This document shows, in pieces, positions 38,836 to 50,974 of a DNA stretch of 64,000 nucleotides. The position numbers were made by a program, and so were the translations under genes. The stretch spans positions 57,598,001-57,662,000 of the forward strand of contig CM126221.1 in the NCBI GenBank assembly GCA_052327205.1, read 5' to 3'. This DNA is from Somniosus microcephalus (Eukaryota). Each line of letters opens with the position of its first letter. Position 1 is the stretch's first letter. Below the pieces are notes generated by a model that was not told where the DNA came from, did not search any database, and saw only the letters and a list, made by a program, of their open reading frames with translations.

Positions 38836-39349
38836 TTACAAGATAAACAAACACATTTAGTGTCTATCAGATGGTCATCAATTTAAGGTTGTGCAATTGC
38901 CAGGAGTTCTTTTATTTTAATGCTAGGCTGGTGCTGTACATCGGCATGCTTGCATCGTGATATTTTACGTCAGGGCTCAAGCGCAGCGATACAATGAACC
39001 ATGTGTTTAGTAGGCCGCAGGAAGAGATCGAGGCACGTGACTAGTTCCACAAAAAGTGGCTATACCTGCCTGCAGCCAGCTGTATGGAAGCGGTCATTTG
39101 TATGGTCGACCACTCAAAACCTCCACATCTGCAATCAGCAGTCTTTCAGTCAAAATGCCTGAATTCTATGTCCCGAGGGTAATTAAAAGGGAGATTAGCG
39201 AGGTGTTTGCGGCAGTCACCAAACACTAATATAAACAATGCCGCGCCAATGTTTCTGTAAGCGTGTAGATCCACCTCAAAGCGAGTTATCATATGCCGCA
39301 GGTGGCACAGGATGTCGCAGGTTGCAGACTAGGCTTGTATCCGCTCAGA

Positions 39350-39665
39350 GTATAGAAGAATATTTCCTCTGGTGGGTGAGTCCAAGGGGGCATTACTTTA
39401 ACATTAAAGCTAGGCTGTTCAGGGACGATGTCAGGAAGCAATTCTCCACACAAAGGGTAGAGGAAATCTGGAACACTCCTCCTCTCCTCTCCCCCCCCCA
39501 AAAAAAAAAGCTGTTGAGGCTGATTTTATATATTTGTTCGGCAAGAGTATTAAGGAACATGGAACCAAGGTGGGTAAAAGGAGTTACAATACAGATGAGC
39601 CACGATCTAATTGAATGATGGAACAAGCTCGAGGGGCTGAATGGCCTCCCCCTGTTCCTGAGATT
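39350..39665 (+). mobile_element. CR1 3' fragment
   Basis: RLFRDDVRKQFSTQRVEEIWN; tail ctcgaggggctgaatggcctccccctgttcct. Confidence 0.8.
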
Positions 39666-39679
39666 TTGCTCAGTTTCTG

Positions 39680-40497
39680 CATTGATAACCGGTGCGCACC
39701 CTCCCATTGATGATCGGTGCGCACCCTCCCATTGATGACCGGTGCGCACCCTCCCATTGATGATCGGTGCGCACCCTCCCATTGATGATCGGTGCGCACC
39801 CTCCCATTGATGATCGGTGCGCACCCTCCCATTGATGATCGGTGCGCACCCTCCCATTGATGACCGGTGCGCACCCTCCCATTGATGACCGGTGCGCACC
39901 CTCCCATTGATGACCGGTGCGCACCCTCCCATTGATGATCGGTGCGCACCCTCCCATTGATGACCGTGCGCACCCTCCCATTGATGATCGGTGCGCACCC
40001 TCCCATTGATGATCGGTGCGCACCCTCCCATTGATGATCGGTGCGCACCCTCCCATTGATGATCGGTGCGCACCCTCCCATTGATGACCGTGCGCACCCT
40101 CCCATTGATGATCGGTGCGCACCCTCCCATTGATGATCGGTGCGCACCCTCCCATTGATGACCGTGCGCACCCTCCCATTGATGACCGGTGCGCACCCTC
40201 CCATTGATGACCGGTGCGCACCCTCCCATTGATGACCGGTGCGCACCCTCCCATTGATGACCGGTGCGCACCCTCCCATTGATGACCGGTGCGCACCCTC
40301 CCATTGATGACCGGTGCGCACCCTCCCATTGATGAGCGGTGCGCACCCTCCCATTGATGACCGGTGCGCACCCTCCCATTGATGACCGGTGCGCACCCTC
40401 CCATTGATGACCGGTGCGCACCCTCCCATTGCTGATCGGTGCGCACCTTCCCATTGATGATCGGTGCGCACCCTCCCATTGATGATCGGTGTGCACC
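39680..40497. repeat. 25-bp minisatellite, about 33 copies, in YTHDF2 intron 4
   Basis: Unit ggtgcgcaccctcccattgatga(t/c)c, with a few 23-bp variants. Confidence 0.96.
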
Positions 40498-43400
40498 TTT
40501 CTCTGCTACTGAAGCTGTAAAGTTGCTTTAAAATTGCAGTGCTGAATGTGGCATCAGTGCTTCAAAGCTGCAGGCTGCAATGTAAACAGGACAAATTCCA
40601 GAGCATAAAAGAGGCCCCAATGTTGGCGAGATGCTTCCATGGGAATAAAAACAGAAAACAGTCCTTGCACCCCGCTGACCTAGTGGGTAAAGGCACTGCT
40701 CACTGTAGTGCGGAGCCATACAGACCAAAAGGTCCCGTGTCCGTTTCCTGGCCTGTGTCGAGATGGTTGATCTCCGCCAGCGTTAGATTGTTGTGCTGTG
40801 AATCCGCTCAGTGTCCCTTTACTAGGAGAGGAAAAATAACTTAGCCAGCGTTCTCGCATCCAATGGCTATCCATTGACCTCTGCTGGAAAGAGCATGTGT
40901 AGGGGCATCAGCTGATAAAATAAATCAGGGTCGATTGTGAAGCCTTGCATTGCTGGCACTGGTGTAGGCTAGACAGCACCATTCCACAGCACAGTGCAGT
41001 GCAATCCCATATTCCACCCCAAATGTGTTTAATTGCATTCCACTGACTCCCCAATTTACAATATAGCTTACATTATGTCCAAAGATTTACCTTTCTATCT
41101 TTACTCAAATAATTCTTAGTTTGATATTTTGCTCAGTACACACTGCCTAGCTCCCCCATAAAGAATGGCTACTCTGGCAAGGAACCGGAAGGCTGGGAGC
41201 CTATGGGCCAGTACTCCAGCAAAGCAAATGTCTTTGAGAGATGGGGAGAAAAGTAAATTGATTGTGGGGAGGGGAAAGAGAAATGGAAAGGAGACAGTAA
41301 ACGCTTGAAGGACACATCAAGTCCATCAGCATCTAAAGAGAACAGGGTCTTCTAATAAAGGGTCTCTACTCAATGCATTAACCAGTCTTGTCTCTTTCAG
41401 ATACCGACAGGCCTGCTGTGCATTTCCAGCACTTGGGTTAGAGATTTCAAGCACATTGATTTATTTTCATCTCAAGTTCTCACTACATCCATTTCCCTAC
41501 ACTTAATTCACGAAACACTTTTTGCATTACCTCACACAAAAGATGCTTTTATTCCTTTGTGAGCGTTACACATAGTTCCTGAAATTTTATTTATAGCAAT
41601 GAATATATTAATGCCTCAAGAGTTACTGCCTTTGACATCTTGCAGTTTATTATTCTACATGCAAATTGTTTATGGCCCAAAAAGCACTGTACTTTTTCTC
41701 TCCTGGAAGTAGTTCACTTATTTGATGATACAACTAAAATTACTTTTCCATGAGTCACTTCAGTTTAACTATGTGAGGCTGTCTTCAGTCAGACAGTGAC
41801 CTAGACCATCTGGAGGTGAGAAAGTACCCTAGACTCCACAAAAAATCAGCCCGCCTCCAATACTTTCATTTGTTCTAAGGCGCTGACCCATACTGAGCCT
41901 AGTTCCATGGATGCCAGCAATCATCTTCACACGAGAGCCTTGGCATCAAGTGTCGACTTAATTGGGCTCACGTACTACCTTGGACTCGCTAGTTATTTAG
42001 TTTTAATAGTCTGGAATTTGGTCAATACCCTTCCAAAATTACAAATAAACTGCATCTTGTACACAGTGCCATTATCTACATCATTTGCAACATGCGCAAA
42101 GCATAAATCAGATGCTTGTCAAGTAGGAAGCCCTCTTCCTAAGGCCATCTTGTTTCTTAATTATCTATTGCTTTAAATGGACTCCTCCAGCCCGGCCCTT
42201 TGTAAACTTTTACCCACTACTGACGTTACGGAGGCTTAATTTGCCTTTTCCTGGGTCAGATCGGTCCCCGTTATTTTTTAATGTAGGTGCTGCGTTTACA
42301 TCTACAGAACCTCAGAGCATCCGTTGTTTTTTTCCCCATAACTATAGCTAGTTCCTCATGGAAATAGACCTTCTTTAGCACCCTAGGATCTGTCCCAGGG
42401 TTTTCAATGCCTTTAAATCGAACAACCAGCAGCTCGACACCAATTTCAAAGATTCGTAGATATTCAACGTAATACAGTAATTGGTTAGCAAGTCAGCATT
42501 TTCTTTTTCAAGGCACACAGAAAATAATCACTAATTGTACCATCATCTTCCTTCAAGGGCTTAATTGGGTTCAGGAGTGCAGGATGCACAATACAATTTT
42601 TTTTAGTCATGCCATCAATCAAATGAGCTAAAAAAGAGGGCAGTTGTGACAGAAATATTCCCCCTGTACTGTTCACCTGGTTGTGTCTCTACAGTATTGA
42701 TACAATGCATGTATTATCTGATGTTTCATTGGGGAAGTCTCAACGCAGCAGCTGAATTTTCACAGCTTTCTGCAGGCCTGATGCCCAACTTTCCGTGGTT
42801 AGCATTCAATCTTATTTTATAATTAAATGTAAGCTTGCATCATTTCACTAGCACAGATGTACTGAAATGGCTTTGTGCATTGAGCAGGATAGAAGGCACT
42901 TCAAATGGACAACAGATGGCAAGACCCATGAACATCTGCAATGGCACTGGAATTCTAGAGGTCTCGATTTAAATTTGGGAGCATCAATGGAGGAACATTC
43001 CTTTCCAACAAAAGGATCGTTAGAACACAATTAGTCACTAACCATTGGCTAAGAGGTTCCATTCACAATTACAAGTTAAAATGGGTGCTTTGTATTGGTA
43101 CCATTTTAGTTTGGGTTCCAGGCAACCGCCATCTACTTTACTAAATCACCCTTCCTGATCCTAAAAGCAAACTCTCAGACCCCTCGGAAAACTGGACCTA
43201 CAAGTCTGCTGGAAGAACCAGAGTTAGTAGCTCAAACACAGGAAGTCAAGCTCACCTGATGCCAGTCTCCCAGAATCTGAAAGGAGGCAGCTCTGTATAA
43301 AAGCAGCTCTTTGTCACAGAGCAGCACCTATTGTTACACGCACCATCACTGCGGAATAAACTCGATCTCCGCTTCATAGTTATTGATGAAGCAAAAGTTG

Positions 43401-43799
43401 ACTAAATTTTAAAGTTCTGATAAAGATTTATTACCAACCCAATGTTTACAGAATCTTTATTTTCTGACCCTCGACAATATTCTCACTAAACACACACACG
43501 GGGCACCATTACAGCAACGTTTAACAGAACTCCTAGCAATGCTACCTAGATCACCAGGGAGAAGGCAAAAATGTAAGAAGCTAGTAAAACAGAGCTTAGC
43601 TCTTGTAAATATGGCACAAGAGGGCAGCATACCAAATGTCAGCCTAATTATGGTTAAATTTCAATACAAGCTAGCCAGTTACAATTAGATATCTTGTTAA
43701 TTTAGGTAAAATGTTCTTTGGCCAATTAGGAATTGTTCAATATCTTTCCTTCTTTATTGTGACATTTGCCTACAGAACAGTGACCACACTTCAGAAGTG

Positions 43800-44122
43800 C
43801 AGGAAACTTTGGTTTATCCGGAGGTTAACTGTCCAGAATGCTCGAGCCACCGGCAAAATTCAGGAGTCGGTTCAGTAAGTTTTTTTTCTTTTCGTTGCTT
43901 TTTTCCCCCCACCAGTCAGGCTCTGCAAGGTCTAGCTAAAGCTGTTGTTTAGCTACAGAGACGCTTGCAAGCTACGGCCGACTGTTTAGAAGCTGGGTTT
44001 GTTGCTAGATACGGAGCTCAAAAGCTTCCGTATGTTTTAACATTAGCGCTGGTTTGTCCGGCAGTTTTGATGGGACGGCAACAGCTCGGTCCCGTCAGTG
44101 CTGGATATCACAAAGTTTCCTG
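43800..44122. mobile_element. Tc1/mariner-superfamily (pogo/Tigger-like) MITE inside a SINE tail
   Basis: Left end CAGGAAACTTTGGTTTATCCGG; right-end reverse complement CAGGAAACTTTGTGATATCCAG. Flanks are TG and TA, and SINE tail sequence continues on both sides. Confidence 0.75.
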
Positions 44123-44944
44123 TAATTAGTTTGACGTGTAGTGTTTTGGATGTCCTGAGGACGTGAAAGATTTCTATATAAAATGCAGGTTCATTGTTTT
44201 TCATTTCTTCAGTTCTCTATCCAAGAGGGTGAACAAGCGACTCCCAACAGGGCTCTCAAGCAGCCCAAAGGGCAGGGCAGAAGAGTCAGGAACAAACTGT
44301 TCTTTCCATGTTCAGGCTCTTCCCTGGCTCCTAATGCCAGCCAGGATTGTGCATTTGTTATGTAAGGAATCAGAGTGAAGAATCCATGTCCTATTTTGAT
44401 GAGCTTCACAGATTTTCATGCAACCAAGTGGTGGAACAGTTCACAATGTTATCCCCCCTACTTCCAGTATTCTTGGGGTCAATGCCTATTAGATAGCAGT
44501 TTTCTCATTGCACATAACAAAATTGTGCTTGGTATAAAGTGGCAAAACACAACTTCTAGCACTTCAGATAACTGGAATGTTTCAGTTGTGGCACATTTTA
44601 CAAATCGGACAGTACCTAGCCTATCGTTTGGATCTATAGCAATTTCTACAGTTCCTAGTGTTATTCTACTCTCCCTTACAGATAATACAAAGTCGCATTT
44701 ATATAGCAACTTTAATGTTGAAAGTTTCCCATGGTGCTTCATAGAGAACACACCTGCAAGCATGAGAAGAATTAGAAAAGATCAAAAGCATGGCTGAGGT
44801 TTCAAGGAGGCTTTCGAAAGCAGGGAGAAGTAGCAAGACTGCTTGTTTTGGGAAGAGTGCGCCAGACAGCAGGGCAGAGTTCCGTGAAAACTCTGCCACC
44901 GATGCATGCACAGGCCAGAATGAGGGGGACCAAAATACAAGGCC

Positions 44945-45265
44945 TGAAAGAAAGAACTTGCATTTCTATAGCACCTTTCACAACCTCAATGTCCCAAAGT
45001 GCTTTACAGCCAATGAAGCTTTTGCAGTGCAGTCACTGCTGTAATGTAGGAAACACAGCAGCCAATTTGCAAACAGCAAGGTGATACTGAGCAGATAATG
45101 TGTTTGTGATGTTGGTGGTTGCTGGATAAATATTGACCAGGACACCAGGGACAACTCTCCTGCTCTTCAAAATAGTGCCATGGGATCCTTTACATCCACT
45201 CAAGAGGCCTCGGTTTAACAGCACCTCCGACAATGCAGCACTCCCTCAGTACCTCACTGAAGCTT
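44945..45265 (-). mobile_element. SacSINE1-like SINE
   Basis: aacttgcatttctatagcacctttc ... aatagtgccatgggatcctttacatccac ... gcactccctcagtac. Confidence 0.85.
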
Positions 45266-45809
45266 AGGCCTGGGACAGAGAGCAGGAGAGATTGCAGAGG
45301 ACTTGCAAATGAGGACTATGGTTTTGAATTCTATGCATGAATGAAAATTTAAACTTAGATTGAGGATGTAAGTTGGTTAGCAGAATATAACATTTTCAGA
45401 CACATGGTCTCCCACCTTTGCAAATCGTAGGTATGCAAACTGATTTGGAGCACAAAAGACTTCAATTAAAAAAAAAAATGCTCCAATAAAGTCCAGAGCT
45501 TCCCAAAGCTGCACGTGTGTGAGGAGACACCAAACAGGAATCAGTTATTTCCCCCAAAGGAGTGGAGGTGGGCGCAGAAAAATCAAGACTGAGGCACCAG
45601 CGTGACAAATGCATCCGCTCAAGATCAGCTTGACTAACATGTCCAGGTCTGTTCAGGCCAACGACAGGTGGCCCGCTCGCCAGCCATTCCATAACATTTC
45701 AAAAAAGTATAAAATCTCTCTTTGGACTCATATCCAACCTAGACTGAGGAATTAAAGGCTCCCCTCTTTGAGGGAGACAGCCAAGTGAAATTAGTTTCAA
45801 CCCAGTTCC

Positions 45810-45935
45810 TATTTAGGGAATCAATGGATATGGGGATAGTGCAGGGTGGTGGAGTTGAGGTAGATGATCAGCCACGATCGTGCTGAATGGTGGAGCAGGC
45901 TCAAAAGGCCTCCTCCTGCTCCTATTTCTTATGCA
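45810..45935 (+). mobile_element. CR1 3' end
   Basis: gatcagccacgatcgtgctgaatggtggagcaggctc ... cctatttcttatg. Confidence 0.75.
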
Positions 45936-46619
45936 CAAACCAGGATACTTTCACTCAAGAGATTGGTTGCATGGCAAATGGCAATCACACTGCTGCAGTG
46001 ACACTTGAGGCTCGGCTCCAGGGACTTTGCTGGAGTACAAAATGTCAGCTTTAGTCTGCATCGAACGCATGCTGCACGCTATTTGCAAGTATAAAGTCAG
46101 AAAGTGTTCTATTCTTAAACAGCCCCCTCAACACTACAGGTTTATGAAAGGTTTTTATTTTATTTTAAAGTTTCCAGTGCCCAGATGATGGTGAATACAC
46201 AACCACATCAAAGTGATAAATTCAGTAAGTGGAAAGGTGCAGCAGAACAGCATGCGGTTATTAAATCCAAACAGTCAAGTGAAGCGAGGGCACATTTTAG
46301 ATTACTCACTTGGTAAGTGCCTGAAGCAGTGTCAACCTCTGCTTTGAAAAGTACAACATTTTTTTTTTTTTAAAAAAGGTACACAGGGTTGAGTAGAGCA
46401 TTCATCAGCCATTTCAGACCGAGCCATCACAAAATGCTTTCGAAATTTGACTTCACTCACTCCAATTACAGATTGACGATTCGTGCTGGCTAATTCTTGG
46501 GGGAAGTTTTTGTATTGACGGTGAGATAAAGATAATAAATACTTGCATTAGACAGCACTGTAGCACAAAGCACTGAACAAGATATTTTTTTCCCCTAAAT
46601 ATGCCGGTTGCTGCAGATT

Positions 46620-47320
46620 TACACAGAATTAACAGCAAACAGGCCATTCAACCCAACTGGGTCTATGCTGGTGTTCATGCTCCACACAAGCCTCCTCCCA
46701 CCCTCCTCCATCTCACTATCAGCATCACCACCTATTCCTTTTCCCCCTCATGTACTTATTTAGCTTCCCCTTAAATGCATCTATTCGCCTCAACTACTCC
46801 TTGTGGTAGCAAGTTCCACATTCTCGCCACACTCTAGGTAAAGAAGTTTCTCCTGAATTCCATACTGGATAATGAGGGACTCTTATACTTATGACACCCA
46901 ATTTGTTACATAGGCAAACATAGCAGCCATTCTATATCAGCAATATCCCACAAACAGCAGTGGCCAGTTAATTTGACTTTTTGGTGCTGTGGCTAAAGGA
47001 GCAATCCTGGCCACAAGAAAGGACTTGTGCTTTTCACATCCTTAGGATGTCCCAAAGCACTTCAGCCAATCCATTAATTAGATAGCATGGGGCCACAAAC
47101 AGCAACGAGATAGATTTCCCACACTTCAAATTGTGCCATGGGATCTTCAGCATCCACCCAAAAAAGGCACACAGGATCTCGGTTTAACAACTTACCCGAA
47201 GGACGGGGTCTCTGGCAATGCAGCACTCAATTCATGACACTCAAGTGTCAGCCAAGATTATGTGCGCAAGTCTCGGATGAGAGGACTGAACCCACAACCT
47301 CCTGACCCCGGGGCCACGTT
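46620..47320 (-). mobile_element. CR1 3' fragment (46620-46900) followed by decayed SacSINE1-like pieces
   Basis: ttccacattctcgccacactct ... tcctgaattcc; cccacaaacagca; gtgccatgggatcttc. Confidence 0.7.
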
Positions 47321-47759
47321 AGCCCCAAGGAAAGGACACATTTTCAGCACCTAGTGTCAACGTCACTTTTCAAATCAGACGCAGCAAGGGCTAGATAGAA
47401 AGTAAAGACGTCCCCGCCCAGCAAACATGGGGAAGAGTAGCTTCCAGTGCATTCGTTTGACATTTTTCATACCAACAATCCTGTAACTAGACCCCATTTG
47501 ACTCAATTGTGGGCAGTGTGTGTGTGTGCTGTGAACTTGGATCTACCTGAAACTACCGAACCTCATTCCTCCAACAAACCAGCAGCCACAGCAAAAAGGG
47601 CTTTGACGTCAGGTTTTAACCCAGGTTCAAACCCACTGCTCCACCCAGAACGTTTAATTTTCATTTGTTCAAAATACTTCAGTTGAACGCATTTTCCAAA
47701 ATAATTATCCTTTAGTGGTTATTTAATCATTTTGAATTGGACTATAGCAATTTTTTAAA

Positions 47760-48130
47760 AATTCATTCCCTGGGCAAATTTATTGCCACCCCGAGTTGCC
47801 CTTGAGAAGGTGGTGGCGAGCCGCCGCCTTAAGCTGCTGCAATCCATGCAGTGAAGGTGCTCCCACAATACAGTTAGATAGGAAGCTCCAGAATATTGAC
47901 CCAGTGGCGATATACACCCAAGTCAGGATGGTGAGTGACATTGGGATGGTGTTCCCATCAACCTGCTGCTCTTGTCCTTCTAAATGGTGGAGGTTGTGGG
48001 TTTAGCAAGTTGCTGCACTGCATCCTTTAGATAGCACACACACTGCTGCCATGGTACACCGATGGTGGAGGGGGTGGATGTTTAAGTTTGTGGATGGAGT
48101 GATCAAGTGGACTGCTTTGTCCTGGATAGT
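47760..48130 (-). mobile_element. 3' fragment of the LINE family at 9725-10900
   Basis: Reverse-complement similarity to 10450-10890 (gcccttgagaaggtggtgg, ctgctgcaatccatgcagtgaagg, caagtcaggatgg). Confidence 0.75.
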
Positions 48131-49408
48131 GTATGTAATTTGCTATGCAGTATTTTTTTTTTTTTATTAATATAATGTTACCTTCATATTCAACTATCTA
48201 CAATATCTGTATGTGGCTGTCTGAACAGCACCAGATCAGCACTGTCGCCATAACACAACCCGAGATATCCATCCATGTTTGTGCTCATCGTGAAGCATGT
48301 TAATGCTGTGGGATGGAACATGTGGCATTTCATTCACCTCATGTCAGAATCTCAAACACTCGGATCAGGTGTAGCACGCTTGGATGTGGAGAAATGGCCC
48401 CTTTACTGTGCCCCAACTTTAGAAAAGTGCCCCCTGTAGTTCAAATGACGATTTTCCTTTTACTACACCAGCCACTCTGGTTATCTCAGATTGCCAACAC
48501 AATCCCAAATATGGGGTGATTGTGCATGATGGATCCATGCACAACCAGAATGGGGCTAAGACTGCTATAAAATCATTTCACACAGTTAGAAGAACATTCA
48601 GCCCATCAGTCTGGGCTGAACTTGAGCCTAAGTCCCAGGGGCGAGAATCCAGAGACTAACCCATTGCACCAACTCAGCCCCTGGATTTCAGAGGGTCTTT
48701 AGATAGTCAATTGAAATGGGGGGGGGGGTGCTTAGTACATTTTTCTACTTTTGACAAATGAAGGCAGAGCTGAATGCACAGTAGCATTTCTGGGGAAATA
48801 TCTGCAGGCAATGTATCTTTAAGCCTGGCGTGGAGCTGCACCGCAATCCTTCGGACCAATTTCCCCACAGCGTTCATTAAACTGTGCAAGTGGCCAGACT
48901 CTAACCCCACATTTCAGTGGCCAGCATTGTCACTAGTCTGATTTTTTGCAAACTATTAGTGAAAAGAAAAATCACATTTGAGCCAATACACTTTTATTAT
49001 GATATACTTCTTGTGCGACACCCTGAATCCATCGCCTTAAATCTCTCACCGCTTCATCCTACTGTCACACAACTCAAAATGCTCTCCAGACTCTACCCAA
49101 GTTTGGAAGGACAAAATCTATAATGTTAATGCCAAGGAGAGGGGTTACAGTTCAAGTGGACACTGAACATTTCACACCCCTCCCACAATGTTTACTGAAA
49201 TTCAAGTGACATTACTTCGGTAAATCTAATTCTGTAAGCCATCAATTCAGACAGAATGAGAATCAACAGGGTTTAAGTAAACAGGATTTTTTTGTATATA
49301 AAAAAAAATGAAACTTAACACTCAGTACTCAAATGTTTTCAGACTTTCCAAGTTGACAATTTTCAGCGCATTACAATCTTCCAATTAACAAGTTTTAGCG
49401 TGACCAAC

Positions 49409-50974
49409 CTTTTTAACACACTCCTCCTCCTCTTGACGTTTTTCGTAATGAGAAAAGTCATCAAAGATGGAGGTCGTATGCTTGTAACTGGCAATAATTT
49501 TCAGAACCTGCTTGGCTTTTTCCAAGGGCACCTCCTGAGTGTCTCGGGAGTTGGTGACAGGTTTATTCTCATTGTTTTCCAGGCGAATGTGCCGCAGTTG
49601 ACTATTGGGCACGTCCTTCACAAATATCCACCTCACGTCGAACCGTCCCTTCCACTTGTCCTGAGACCACACCCCAGCACAAGTGTTGTAGTCCACAGTT
49701 GACTTCATCTCGGCGACGCCACAGAAGTGGCCACTGCCGTTGACGCTGAACAAGAGGTAAACCGGGCCCTTGCCGTTCATGGTACGGTAGGCTCCATCCA
49801 GTCTCTTGTTGCCGTGCTCGGTACTACACCAAATGGAATATTTAATAGAGCGATGGATGTCATCCTCTGAGTAGCTCTTAATGATGAAAACGCGTCCGTG
49901 TTTGGGGTTCCAGTCAAAATCCTTGGGGTTGTAGTTGTTGACGGATCTCAATTTCTCCAAGACTGGATGCGCTTCCGCAGAGGCAGAGTTTGAATTCCCA
50001 TGCGCCAGCCCAATGCCTCCAGCATCCACTCCATTTTGGCCAAAGCCAGCTGCCCGGTTGCGGGGTGCAACCCAGCGGTTTGGTTGCGGCTGCTGCTGCA
50101 CTGGCTGCGGCGGCACCTGCTGCTGCTGGCCCGAGGGCACCTGCTGAGGCTGCATGTTCACCACCTGTTGGTTCACTGGCAGCGGAGGTGGCTGGCCTTG
50201 CTGCTGGCCGCTGGCTTGAGTGGACGGCTGAGGAGCACTTTTGGCCACAGTCCCCTTGTTATCCCAGGTACCAATATCCATATTATGCTTAATTGGAGGG
50301 GGTGGAAGGGAAGGCCCACTGGACCCACCTTTTGCCTTCTTGGGTTGGGGTTTCGCCGGCTTGCTTGCGATGTCAGCCCATGAAGTTGGCTTCGGGGGAG
50401 CGATAGTAGTTGGTGGCATGGGATTAGAAGGTATCGCGTTATTTGAAATAGTCGATATAGGGTTACTCCCAACAGCAGAACCTACCATTTTAGATACGTT
50501 ACTTGCAACCTCACCACCACTTATCTTCAGTCCTGCCATACCTTGGTCAATGCTATTCATGCCTGGTGCTTTATTCAGTGTCTCGTTGGCAAAAGCTGAC
50601 TGTCCGTCCATCATAGCTCCGCCGAGAGAGCTAGGAGGGTAGGCATAGCTGCTAGGGCTATAGCCTGAGCTTTGAGTGGACTGTCCCGGAGAACTGCTGG
50701 TTCCCCAAGCTGAGAAGTCCACACCACTAGGAAAGAAGTTAAACCCATGCTGGCTCAGGAAAGGAGTGTTCCCCAAAGTCCCTGGTTGTCCAAACATTGC
50801 ATCAGGTAGAAAGTGATGCTCTCCGTTACTCAGCTGTCCATACGATGTCAGATAGGGCATAGGTGGATCCCCTCCTGTCGACCAGGCAGCCTCACTTAAT
50901 GAATACTGGAACCCTATAGATGGGCTGTAGTAACTTGGTAGGTAGGAGTCAGACATGGCAGTATAGGTATTGTT
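49409..50974 (-). CDS. YTHDF2: YTHDF2 coding exon 4, 1566 nt: low-complexity P/Q/S/G region plus YTH domain (about 49490-49894)
   Basis: Lies within ORF 49385..51028. Acceptor tttctttacag|AACAAT, donor AAAAAG|gttggt. YTH motifs [24 protein letters not shown] and [10 protein letters not shown] keep the three aromatic-cage tryptophans. [22 protein letters not shown] is the YTHDF2-type sequence. Confidence 0.97.

Noticed and set aside
39393-40496. Long ORFs (367, 295 and 269 aa) on the minus strand
   Set aside because: All three frames are open only because the 25-bp unit has no minus-strand stop codon; there is no domain or supported splice structure.
49400-50642. Antisense and alternative-frame ORFs over exon 4
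   Set aside because: Expected shadows of a GC-rich coding exon, with no independent support.
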